A stretch of DNA of 64,000 nucleotides from Phoronis australis (Eukaryota; Animalia; Phoronida), in assembly GCA_002633005.1 (NCBI GenBank), contig NMRA01000983.1:15194-79193 (forward strand), in the 5' to 3' direction. This document shows, in pieces, positions 52,022-62,490 of this stretch. Positions within the stretch are counted from its first letter, which is position 1. Each line of letters begins with the position of its first letter. The translations under genes were made by a program, and so were the position numbers. Under the pieces are notes generated by a model. That model was given only the letters and a program-made list of their open reading frames with translations, had not been told where the DNA came from and made no database searches.

Positions 52022-52699
52022 TGTCCTGTCCCGTAGGGGCAGGGGTGTCACCAATTACAATTCCAGAAGTGAATTATTTATTGTAAGCTGTATGGTGAAA
52101 ACTGAAAGAAAACAATGAACAGTGTCAGTACGCTATACCATTTACAAGGCATAAAACCGCACGAAAGAGGAAGATAAAACAAACCCCGCACAAGACAAAG
52201 ACTAAGTCCAAAGAAATACAGGGGAGATAATTTCTAAAGAGACCGAGCTACACCAAAGGAATATCTAGAAATATCCGGAGAACAGGTATAGCAAATACTG
52301 TAAGAATAATTCTGCGAATTCCCGAATCTAAATATACAGCAATGAAAGTTAAATACTCTGAAACTAATAGTGAAATGCACCACAACGACGCGTTTCGCAA
52401 AATCGGTAACAAACAATGGCAGATCGAAAGGACTGCAAATAAACCTACAGTACGGAAATTACGAGAACACTAAGACAAATACCTACAAGAACGGAAGGGA
52501 ATGTGACTAAATAACGAACTACTTACAACTATCCTCTCAAACAAGGCCAAATTCTGAGAATAACTACGTAAATAACTCCAATAACTGTGCCGAGCATGCG
52601 GCGTCCATAATGGCAATCTAAAAAGCGACATCTAACGACATACTTAAACACTAGTCCAGGAAGGGAGAGAGAGGCAGAATGAGCCTACGTGACACGACA
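52022..52699 (-). mobile_element. BEL/Pao 3' LTR, insertion 1 (678 bp)
   Basis: TG...CA ends. The polypurine tract aggggaggag immediately precedes it on the minus strand (52700-52709), and AATAAA lies near its 3' end. Highly similar to 55910-56590. Confidence 0.92.
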
Positions 52700-52751
52700 C
52701 TCCTCCCCTAAAGGCAAAGCCTTTACAAAAGTTCCAGAATACGAAATACAG

Positions 52752-53092
52752 TCAATTGTCTTCAAGTAACACAATAAGTTCTTTAACAGGCCGAGTGTAA
52801 GTCTTCTTGACTCCATCACGGGCGGTCTCCACACAAGCCTTCCTAACGATACCATCGTCAGAGTTGAAGGTCTCCGTAATTCTTCCCAGTGGCCATTCAC
52901 TGCGAAGTACATCCTGGTCGCGCATAAGTACCACATCACCAACTGAGATATTCCTACGCCTTTGTCGCCACTTCTCACGTCGTTGGAGATTCCCCAGGTA
53001 TTCCCGTCGCCATCGCACCCAAAACTGATTAGCTAAGTACTGCACTCGCCTCCAACGTCGACGACTGTACTGGTCCTGCTGCGTGAAATTGC
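52752..53092 (-). CDS. BEL/Pao pol C-terminus (post-integrase DUF5641-like), insertion 1, cut by a contig junction
   Basis: RRWRRVQYLANQFWVRWRREYL...GDVVLM...WPLGRI...DGIVRKA...YTRPVKELIVLL; single N at 53093. Confidence 0.9.
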
Positions 53093-53571
53093 NCCCCCTC
53101 ACACACACACACACAACAGTATATTTACGCTTCTTTCACCATTTTATTCTCTGAAATTTCCAAAAAGGTTCACATGAGGGCTCTAAACCCATGCATGTAA
53201 AACTAATATCTGTTTATTGCTCTGTACCAAAGCAAGAACATTTGCCTTATGCCTACAATAAGTTTTGGCGACCGGCTTCAAACAGACCGCCTGATTTAAT
53301 ATATAGCAAAACTTTTAAACCGGTTGCAAAATGCATACCATGAGAACAGGGAGATTCGTACTGTATGTAATAACTGAGGTGGACCAGACTGCCAGTGGCT
53401 CGTTGGTAACTTGAAGTGGGAGAGCTATGTGTGAACGCGGACACGTATGTCCAACAGTAATCTCACATCTCACCATGGAGGCACATGTCCTGGTCTCGCC
53501 TTAAACAGTGAACTGCTTTTTACAAGGCTTTGATGACGTCACCAGTCAGTGATATGAATGATCACGTTTAG

Positions 53572-53810
53572 GTCACACTTTACACGGGTACTACGATCAT
53601 CGTGGAAGATTCATGGTCATCCTTCATAAACCTGTACGTTGTGGCATCTCTTAAAGACTTACATCAAACGGAAGGACTCTGTGGACAATATGACCGTGAC
53701 TGCTCTAACGATCTCATACCAAAAGAGCAGAATTCTTTGCCATCTGGCTATAGTACAAGCTGTGGGTATTCAAGTCCGAGACATCCCGATGAATTTACAG
53801 AGAGCTGGAG
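53572..53810 (+). CDS. VWD-domain (VWDE-like) protein exon: C-terminal half of the VWD domain
   Basis: tttag| acceptor and GAG|gtaacg donor; phase 0 to 2. Translates VTLYTGTTIIVE...FINLYVVAS..D...TEGLCGQYDRDCSNDL...DEFTESWR, with the VWD motif GLCGxxD...ND...FxxSWR. Confidence 0.85.
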
Positions 53811-54242
53811 GTAACGATATGTATATGCTTCGTATGTGGAACTAATTTGGTTCCTGAAATCTGTGACAGTCGCAATATTTTTCAGCATTTCGGGGGATTT
53901 TTTTATCCGTACAACTGTGTTCTACGCGTGTATATCCATAGGCGTAGGTAGCGTGGGAGTGAAGTAAAGCACCCTGAACCAAAATGTTGCTCCCAACACA
54001 GTTCGAATTGGGATAATAAGTACGTAAGCTACAAAAGGTTTTACGTACGGGATTTGGTCAACGGTACCCGTATATGAGGGCTTTTTTGTAGGCCAGTTTC
54101 CGGTTTGGGTCGGAGCAGTGCGACTTATTCCCTTCGAACATTTCTTAACGCGGGCAATGCTGGTAGTCCCATGTTTCAATTTAATTTTGCGACGGTCTCA
54201 CCATTTAGTCATGAAATACAGGAAGTTCACATTAGAGAATGT

Positions 54243-54398
54243 TGGCGTGCGTTCAGTAACGCTAGGACCTACGCTAGGACCTAGCTAAAGTCTAGACAAA
54301 GTCGCGTGCTCTCATTTAAATTATACGGCAATATCTCTCGTGATCTCGCGAAGTCTTGCTTTTTAGCGAGGTCCTAGCGTTATTGATCGGGAGGCTGG
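54243..54398. mobile_element. Small foldback/MITE in the VWDE-like intron
   Basis: taacgctaggacct (~54257) is inverted to aggtcctagcgtta (~54369). Confidence 0.55.
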
Positions 54399-54844
54399 TT
54401 TGAACTAGGTAAAGAAATCCACATGATCACGGAATATTTTTTTAAACCAATCGCTGCCCAGAACCAAATAAGGGTTTTTGGTCCAGCATACATGTACATG
54501 TGTACAGGTAAAATATTCCTTGGTTTATACTATTTTGTTGTTTATTATGAGGCTATTTGGAAGATTGTTGTTAATATGCGAATAACGCAAAAAACACTGC
54601 GCAGCCAATAAAATACATCAGTGCTAAAGTCATTAACATGTGTCTTACCACCAACAAGTACATTCGTAAAAAATGTGTAATTTGGTGAAAATGTCATTCA
54701 TACATCCGAGGTAGCTGATTTATAACACACTGCAGATGAAAGAGGGAATATTCCTACAGCTGAAAATTATATCAGGCGTTGTGCAAGTTGACCGGTCATT
54801 TTATGTTTGACACATTTTTAAGCATGTAATCTTTTGAATTCTAG

Positions 54845-55163
54845 GGTGAGCGACAAAAAAAACCTTTTCAACAAAGGTTCATTTGATCACCTTACCAACC
54901 CGTCATCTTGTGACAAGAAGGTGTATTGTGTATGCGGGGATTCAGGCGACAGCTGTGAAATAGGCAACGATGTTCCGAAATGTGGTCCTAAGCCTCACCA
55001 GCGTAAAATTGACTCGAAAACGCTTCCTCTGACGAGGCCTTCTCGCAAACGACGAAACGTAGACTTTTATGATCATTACGACTTCATGGATTACGATGAA
55101 AGTGATTACAGTTTTGTCTCACAGCCTAGAGACGATGATATGTTACCCAAACACGAATCGCAT
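54845..55163 (+). CDS. VWDE-like protein, next exon (post-VWD Cys cluster, RKRR, acidic linker)
   Basis: ttctag| acceptor, in frame with the previous exon (SWR|VSDKKNLF). Contains YCVC, RPSRKRR and a D/Y-rich linker; donor CAT|gtgagt. Confidence 0.82.
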
Positions 55164-55649
55164 GTGAGTTCAATTCTGGAATTTTTTATAAGAAGGGAGA
55201 CATTACATGCGCTTAAAATGAGCGTTCACGAAGTCGTGTGATTTGCCGACTGAATTATTAGTAATAATTAGTCCTTAGTGTTGATATTCCTACCTATCAT
55301 ATGTAATTATAAAGGGCGAATCCTCCATTGAACGTGCGCTACTCGAATGTGTCTTCCTCACGGTGAGAAGGGAGATCTGTCTTCAGATTTAACGACTGAC
55401 CATTAAAAGTCCCTCCAGATCTCTGACATGCGTTCACATGTGGAATTTTTTCAGAAGGCGGATGAGGCGTCCCATCTTTCTTCCGGTAGAGCAACATGCT
55501 AACACTGTATTGTCGTACACGAAAGAATACGGTACATGCTTACGACGCTATCCGTCATTCCGACAACCGCTGATGTTTATAGTGACTTTGAATGTGGAAT
55601 TTTATAATGAGGGAGGCTTTAAAACAACATTAACACCAAAAGATTGCAG

Positions 55650-55800
55650 TTAAACATACAAAAAACCCTAATATTATGGCCAACCGAATCCTGGCTATCA
55701 ACCAAGGCGGGCAGAGCACAACCGCAAGTGACGTCATTATAATCTAAGTTTCTCACGGAAGAAAGTTGATCATGCCATCAGACGATAAGAAGGCAGAGAC
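55650..55800 (+). pseudogene. Possible decayed next VWDE-like exon (WPT motif)
   Basis: ttgcag| then LNIQKTLILWPTES. VWDE-like proteins have WPTxSG here, but this frame stops within ~30 codons. Confidence 0.3.
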
Positions 55801-55909
55801 GTCTGGCGAGCGCTTACATTTAATATTGCGAAGCTCCAGTAGGGGATCTGACTTCCGACGTGCCTTTTAATCAAACGCTGCATTAGCTTTTGCATGCAGA
55901 AATCAACAT

Positions 55910-56590
55910 TGTCCTGTCCCGTAGGGGCAGGGGTGTCACCAATTACAACAATTCCAGAAGTGAATTATTTATTGTAAGCTGTATGGTGAAAACTGAAAGA
56001 AAACAATGAACAGTGTCAGTATGCTGTACCCTTTACAAGGCATAAAACCGCGCGAAAGAGGAAGATAAAACAAACCCCGCACAAGACAAAGACTAAGTCC
56101 AAAGTAATACAGGGGAGATAATTTCTAAAGAGACCGAGCTACACCAAAGGAATATCTAGAAATATCTGGAGAACAGGTATTGCAAATACTGTAAGAATAA
56201 TTCTGCGAATTCCCGAATCTAAATAAACAGCAATGAAAGTTAAATACTCTGAAACTAATAGTGAAATGCACCACAACGACGCGTCTCGCAAAATCGGTAA
56301 CAAACAATGGCAGATCGAAAGGACTGCAAATGAACCTACAGTACGGAAATTACGAGAACACTAAGACAAATACCTACAAGAACGGAAGGGAATGTGACTA
56401 AATAACGAACTACTTACAACTATTCTCTGTAACAAGGCCAAATTATGAGAATAACTACGTAAATAACTCCAATAACTGTGCCGAGCATGCGGCGTCCATA
56501 ATGGCAATCTAAAAGGCGACATCTAACGACATACTTAAAAACTAGTCCAGGAAGGGAGAGAGAGGCAGAATGAGCCTACGTGACACGACA
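55910..56590 (-). mobile_element. BEL/Pao 3' LTR, insertion 2
   Basis: TG...CA ends, PPT at 56591-56600, colinear with 52022-52699. The flank differs (aacat vs ctgct). Confidence 0.92.
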
Positions 56591-57068
56591 CTCCTCCCCT
56601 AAAAGGAAAGCCTTTACAAAAGTGCCAGATTACGAAATACGAAATACAGTCAGCGGTCTCCACACAAGCCTTCCTCACGATACCATCGTCAGATTTGAAG
56701 GTCTCCGTAATTCTTCCGAGTGGCCATTCACTGCGAAGTACATCCTGGTCGCGCATAAGTACCACATCACCAACTGAGATATTCTTACGCCTTTGTCGCC
56801 ACTTCTCACGTCGTTGGAGATTCCCCAGGTATTCCCGTCGCCATCGTACCCAAAACTGATTAACTAAGTACTGCACTCGCCTCCAACGTCGACGACTGTA
56901 CTGGTCCTGCTGCGTGAAATTGCCTAAAGGAGAGTTAATNAGGCGACATCTAACGACAAACTTAAAAACTAATCCAGAAAATGAGAGAGAGGCAGAATGA
57001 GCCTACGTGACACGACACTCCTCCCCTAAAGGCAAAGCCTTTACAAAAGTGCCAGAATACAAATACAG

Positions 57069-57900
57069 TCAATTGTCTTCAAGTAACACAATAAGTTCTT
57101 TAGCAGGCCGAGTGTAAGTCTTCTTGACTCCATCACGGGCGGTCTCCACACAAGCCTTCCTCACGATACCATCGTCAGAGTTGAAGGTCTCCGTAATTCT
57201 TCCTAGTGGCCATTCATTGCGAAGTACATCCTGGTCACGCATAAGTACCACATCACCAACTGAGATATTCCTACGCCTTTGTCGCCACTTCTCACGTCGT
57301 TGGAGATTCCCCAGGTATTCCCGTCGCCATCGTACCCAAAACTGATTAGCTAAGTACTGCACTCGCCTCCAACGACGACGACTGTACTGGTCCTGCTGCG
57401 TGAAATTTCCTAAAGGAGAGTTAATCGGACGTGATTTCATAGTGAGCAGCATAGACGGGGACAACGGTTCTGCAACCTCAACGTCAGTAGAAATAGGAGC
57501 TATCGGTCGAGCGTTGACGATAGCGGAGACTTCAGCAAGAAGCGTCGATAGCAGCTCATGGGTCAGTTGAGNGGTTCTGCAACCTCAACGTCAGTAGAAA
57601 TGGGAGCTATCGGTCGAGCGTTGACGATAGCGGAGACCTCAGCAAGAAGCGTCGATAGCAGCTTATGGGTCAGTTGAGGATTTCCCAAGCCAACAAGCAT
57701 ACCATCTAGGACTCTCCTTATGGTGGAGATTTGCCTTTCCCAGACTCCTCCAAAGTTCGAGGCATGAGGATGGTTGAATATCCACTCGCAGTCTTGGGCG
57801 AAGAGGTGACTGCGGATTCTCTCCTGGTTTAACTCCCCCAGGGCCCTTTTAAGTTCTGCCTGTGCTCCAACTTCGTTGGTCACATCGCAGTCTAGTGATA
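57069..57900 (-). CDS. BEL integrase core C-terminal part and DUF5641-like tail
   Basis: EWIFNHPHASNFGGVWERQI...LAEVSAIVNARPI...LSPSMLLT...FWVRWRREYL. It is frameshifted relative to the main ORF near 57880 (RCDQ|). Confidence 0.88.
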
Positions 57901-60900
57901 GCTCCTCGAACGGCAACAAATCGACGTAGAGCACAAATGAAGGAATCAGTATCCATCGATTCCAGCAACTCAATATGAATTGCTCGACTGTACAGGCAGG
58001 TAAAAACCAGACCCCATCTCTTAGAGTCAGCGGAACCATCTCTAGTTCTTCTGGTAAGAACTGACCAAGGTCCAAAAACCTCACAACCAACATCAGTGAA
58101 GGGAGGCGTAGGCTCGGTCCTATCCTCTGGTAAGTCAGACATTTTGGGATGACAAGGCACTGCTCTAAGCTTCCTAAAAACCACACAGCTCTGAAGGAGA
58201 GAAGAAATCAACCGACGGGCACCGACAATCCAATATCCAGCTTGTCTGATAGCCCCGTGGGTAATCTGGCCTTGGTGGTGAACTTTGTCGTGGTAATGAC
58301 GGATGATCAGCTTCGACACATGACTATCGATGGGCAACAAGATGGGGTGCTTCTCAGTGTACAGCAAACTTCCCCGTCTTAGCCGACCACCCACTCTCAT
58401 GATTCCTACATGGTCGATGAACGGGTCCAAGTCAGCTATCCTGGATATCTCTGAAGAATTAGAGCTTCCCAAGCCGGAAATCAACTTCCCAAAGCCTTGT
58501 CTCTGCAGAGCCTTGATGATGATCACCTCCGCTGAGTTAATCAGGTCTTGTCTGCAAGGAGAACCATCTCGCCCACCATGACCTAGATTCCTACTGTAAC
58601 ACCTCCTGGCTATCCCAATCAGAAGCGCAATACCTCTGGTAAGGTGGGCCCAACCTGAAAAGCGCTCAAATCTTCCTGTACTGAGGAACGCGTCAGCAGT
58701 CTTGATTCTCTCGCGCCCGTGTTGATAAGAGAACTCTTCATCAGCGAGTCCAAGGACAACAGGCGAAGTGATTACAGCATCCGTCGAACATCCTTCTACA
58801 GAATAGGACAGAACAGACACATCTCGACGAACTTCCGGATTGCCTTCCTCCACTGGGAATATACNAGCTATCCTGGATATCTCTGAAGAATTAGAGCTTC
58901 CCAAGCCGGAAATCAACTTCCCAAAGCCTTGTCTCTGCACAGACTTGATGATGACCACCTCCGCTGAGTTAATCAGGTCTTGTCTGCAAGGAGAACCATC
59001 TCGCCCACTATGACCTAGATTCCTACTGTAACGCCTCCTGGCTATCCCAATCAGAAGTGCAATACCTCTGGTAAGGTGGGCCCAACCCGAAAAGCGCTCA
59101 AATCTTCCTGTACTGAGGAACGCGTCAGCAGTCTTTATTCTCTCGCGCCCGTGTTGATAAGAGAACTCTTCATCAGCGAGTCCAAGGGCAACAGGCGAAG
59201 TGATTACAGCATCCATCGAACATCCTTCTACAGAAGAGGACAGAACAGACACATCTCGACGAACTTCCGGATCGCCTTCCTCCACCGGGAATATTCTGCC
59301 GTCGTCGACCTTCCAAACACCGGGCCTTGTCAAGAAGGTAGGACCACTCAGCCATACAGAACTTCTAAGACTGGAGGCTTCGATGCCACGGGTGCCAAGA
59401 TCTGCTGGGTTATCAGATGTATTTACATAGCTCCACTGTTCAGGCTTAGACAGGTTCCTGATGAGCTGTACTCTGTTTACTACATAGACATGGAATCGAC
59501 GACAATCGTTTTGGATGTATCCCAAGACTACCCTTGAGTCCGTGTAGAGGAAAGTAGCGTCGATGCTGAGATCCAGTTCCTGTTTCACCTTGTGCACGAC
59601 CTGGCTTGCAAGAACAGCCGCACATAATTCCAGCCTCGGTATCGTAGTAGACTTTATGGGTGTCACTCTGATCCTACCATAACAGAAGGCTAAGCGTACG
59701 TCTCCATCTTGATTGATGAATCTCAAATAAGAGGTAGTGGCAATAGCTGCGAAACTAGCATCGGAAAACACATGTAGCTCTGTGCTTAAGCTCCCAAAGT
59801 CGTTGGGGCAGTAACATCGAGGAAGTTCTACGTCTTGGAGATCTTGCAATCCATCCCTCCATGACTGCCAAGAATCTCGGAGCGCCTCAGGAAGGGGTTC
59901 GTCCCATCCAACAGGATTCTTAGTGTCCCGTGCCTCACGAATGAGTCTCTGTAAGATCTTTTTGCCCACGATTAAAACGGGTCCGGCAACTCCAAGGGGA
60001 TCATAGATTGAGTTGACAATGGCAAGAACAGCGCGTCGTGAGAATGGCTTCTCTGGCACAGATACACAGAATGTGAAGAAGTCTTTTCTTACGTCCCAGT
60101 ACACGCCAAGAGATCTTTGCATAGGCAACACATCATGATGAAGGTCCAAACTCCAGAAGTCTTTAGCGCGGTCCTCAACTGGAAGAGCTTCCATCACTCT
60201 TAAGTCATTAGAAATCACTTTATGAAGTTTGATGTTCCTTTCAGCGAGCATAGCTTGAGTTTTCAGGATAAGGTTGACAGCTTCTGTGGGAGAGTCAACA
60301 NGAAGGGGTTCGTCCCATCCAACAGGATTCTTAGTGTCCCGTGCCTCACGAATGAGTCTCTGTAAGATCTTCTTGCCCACGATTAAAACGGGTCCGGCAA
60401 CTCCAAGGGGATCATAGATTGAGTTGACAATGGCAAGAACACCGCGTCGTGAGAATGGCTTCTCTGGTACAGATACACGGAATGTGAAGAAGTCTTTTCT
60501 TACGTCCCAGTACACGCCAAGAGATCTTTGCATAGGCAACACATCGTGATGAAGGTCTAAACTCCAGAAGTCTTTAGCGCGGTCCTCAACTGGAAGAGCT
60601 TCCATCACTCTTAAGTCATTAGAGATCACTTTATGAAGTTTGATGTTCCTTTCAGCGAGCATAGCTTGAGTTTTCAGGATAAGGTTGACAGCTTCTGTGG
60701 GAGAGTCAACAGAGACTAAGCCGTCATCGACATAGAAGTTTCTGTATATGTAGGCGTGAGCCTCTTTACCAAAAGACTCCTCCCCAATGTCTGCTGCCTT
60801 TCTCAACCCAAATGTGGCAACTGCAGGACTGGACCGGGCTCCAAATGTATGTGTTGTCATCCTATAATCAACAACTTCCTTTGTCAGGTCATTATCATCG

Positions 60901-62225
60901 AACCATAGGATACGTAGAAAGTCACGATGGGATGGATTGACGGAGAAGCAATGGAACATCTGTTCTACGTCGCAGACGATACCAATCTCTTTTTGGCGAA
61001 ATCGCAGTAGTATGCCCAACAAACCATTCATCTGGTCGGGTCCGCTTAGCAGCTGCTGGTTTAGAGAAACTCCTCTGTACTCTGCAGATCCGTCGAACAC
61101 AACTCGAATCTGATCGACCTTCTTGGAATGATATACCGGAAAGTGAGGGAGATACCATACCTTTCCTGGCTGGGTTTCTTTCTCCTGATCAGCCACCTTG
61201 ACAGCGTAGCCTTGCTTCAACAGCTTTTCCATAAACTCCAGGTACTGTGTTCTCATTGTAGGCTTGCGTTGGAAATTACCTTGGAGATTATCCATTCTAG
61301 TAACAGCTTGTTGTCTGTTATTGGGCAGGATGGGATCGTCTTTCTTGAATGGGAGTGGCATTTCCCATTTCCCTTCCTCATTGACGTGTATTCCGTCCTC
61401 CATCAGGTTCATGAATCGACGATCTTCTATTGAGAGACTGGGCTCGTCGTCTCTCTCAGTGACAACAAAGAGATCTGTCTTGGGAAGTGTTTTAACTGTA
61501 AAAAGATTTGAGCAGGATTGCATATCTCTGAAGTCTTCAGCAGGTTTACATACTGTCCTCATGGCAGAGATGTGAACAGCTCCTCCAGCTCCGTCCAAAC
61601 ATATTTGTCCTAATACTGTCCAACCAAGAAATAGCTTGTGAGCCCAGGGGGCCCCGGGTGAACCGTTGCGAAATTCTCGAACCTTCAGCAGCTCAGCAGC
61701 ATCACGACCCAAGAGAATCTGCACCTTAGCACGCTTGTCGAAAGGAGGTATTAATGAAGCAAGGGATCTAAGATGATGATGATGCCGTACAATGTCTGGC
61801 GTAGGGATTTCTGACTTGTCTTCGGGTATACTGGCACATTCTATCAGCACAGGAAGTTCGGCTGTATCTCCAGTGAAGGACTTCACCACTAAATTGTGCA
61901 CACGCCTCCCGTAGCAAATTTCGGAACCATGACATGTCGTAAGTGAATACTTCTCCCTATCACCTTTAATGTTCAAATCATCGAGGAGCTCCGGACTGAC
62001 TAAGGATGCATTACTCTGGTCGTCATGGATAACATACACACGCCGTGCTTGCCGTGGTGAACCCTTCAGAAAAACCTCAGCGAGAACGGTTTTGCTGCAT
62101 GACTTTCCACCCATCTTATGACAAATCGTAGTACACTTGGGCGAAACAGAGGTATCCTCCTCCCCATTCTTAGCCAGTTTTATCTTTGTCGCTTCGTGAG
62201 AGCCCTTATCTGACCTTCTAACCAA
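57849..62225 (-). CDS. BEL/Pao pol: protease, reverse transcriptase, RNase H, integrase N-terminal part
   Basis: PR VIHDDQSNASL; RT WYLPHFPV, RVVFDGS, DVEQMF, FYVDDGL; RH LHVFSDAS, IPRLELCAAV, NPADLGTRG; IN HYHDKVHHQG, FTCLYSRAIHIE, FICALRRF. Includes two junction-associated duplications. Confidence 0.93.
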   Translation of the reverse strand: MVRRSDKGSHEATKIKLAKNGEEDTSVSPKCTTICHKMGGKSCSKTVLAEVFLKGSPRQARRVYVIHDDQSNASLVSPELLDDLNIKGDREKYSLTTCHGSEICYGRRVHNLVVKSFTGDTAELPVLIECASIPEDKSEIPTPDIVRHHHHLRSLASLIPPFDKRAKVQILLGRDAAELLKVREFRNGSPGAPWAHKLFLGWTVLGQICLDGAGGAVHISAMRTVCKPAEDFRDMQSCSNLFTVKTLPKTDLFVVTERDDEPSLSIEDRRFMNLMEDGIHVNEEGKWEMPLPFKKDDPILPNNRQQAVTRMDNLQGNFQRKPTMRTQYLEFMEKLLKQGYAVKVADQEKETQPGKVWYLPHFPVYHSKKVDQIRVVFDGSAEYRGVSLNQQLLSGPDQMNGLLGILLRFRQKEIGIVCDVEQMFHCFSVNPSHRDFLRILWFDDNDLTKEVVDYRMTTHTFGARSSPAVATFGLRKAADIGEESFGKEAHAYIYRNFYVDDGLVSVDSPTEAVNLILKTQAMLAERNIKLHKVISNDLRVMEALPVEDRAKDFWSLDLHHDVLPMQRSLGVYWDVRKDFFTFRVSVPEKPFSRRGVLAIVNSIYDPLGVAGPVLIVGKKILQRLIREARDTKNPVGWDEPLXVDSPTEAVNLILKTQAMLAERNIKLHKVISNDLRVMEALPVEDRAKDFWSLDLHHDVLPMQRSLGVYWDVRKDFFTFCVSVPEKPFSRRAVLAIVNSIYDPLGVAGPVLIVGKKILQRLIREARDTKNPVGWDEPLPEALRDSWQSWRDGLQDLQDVELPRCYCPNDFGSLSTELHVFSDASFAAIATTSYLRFINQDGDVRLAFCYGRIRVTPIKSTTIPRLELCAAVLASQVVHKVKQELDLSIDATFLYTDSRVVLGYIQNDCRRFHVYVVNRVQLIRNLSKPEQWSYVNTSDNPADLGTRGIEASSLRSSVWLSGPTFLTRPGVWKVDDGRIFPVEEGDPEVRRDVSVLSSSVEGCSMDAVITSPVALGLADEEFSYQHGRERIKTADAFLSTGRFERFSGWAHLTRGIALLIGIARRRYSRNLGHSGRDGSPCRQDLINSAEVVIIKSVQRQGFGKLISGLGSSNSSEISRIAXIFPVEEGNPEVRRDVSVLSYSVEGCSTDAVITSPVVLGLADEEFSYQHGRERIKTADAFLSTGRFERFSGWAHLTRGIALLIGIARRCYSRNLGHGGRDGSPCRQDLINSAEVIIIKALQRQGFGKLISGLGSSNSSEISRIADLDPFIDHVGIMRVGGRLRRGSLLYTEKHPILLPIDSHVSKLIIRHYHDKVHHQGQITHGAIRQAGYWIVGARRLISSLLQSCVVFRKLRAVPCHPKMSDLPEDRTEPTPPFTDVGCEVFGPWSVLTRRTRDGSADSKRWGLVFTCLYSRAIHIELLESMDTDSFICALRRFVAVRGAITRLRCDQRSWSTGRT

Positions 62226-62490
62226 ATCTTCTCTGTGGAGGACTGAGGGGTGGCGTTTACTACCACACTCCCCACATGAAATGTCTTGGCTCTTGCGGTC
62301 TCGTGCTTTGTGTTTATCTTCAAGACATCTGAAGCATAAACCTGCCTTACGAATTATTTCATTCTTTTCCTCTAACGTTTTCTTTTTAAACCCGAAACAC
62401 TGGTTAAGGGTGTGTGCATTACTGTTGTGAAGTGGACATGCTGAATTACCTACTTTCTCTGTCGTTACGTGAGTGTTGAGAATCTTCCTN

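Noticed and set aside
52022-56590. One LTR element that captured the VWD exons between two LTRs
   Set aside because: Both LTRs are 3' LTRs with their own PPT and pol tail, their flanks differ, and a contig junction (53093) intervenes.
57849-62225. Novel retroelement with duplicated RT/RH-tether domains
   Set aside because: The duplications are centred on single-N scaffold junctions and are best explained as assembly overlap.
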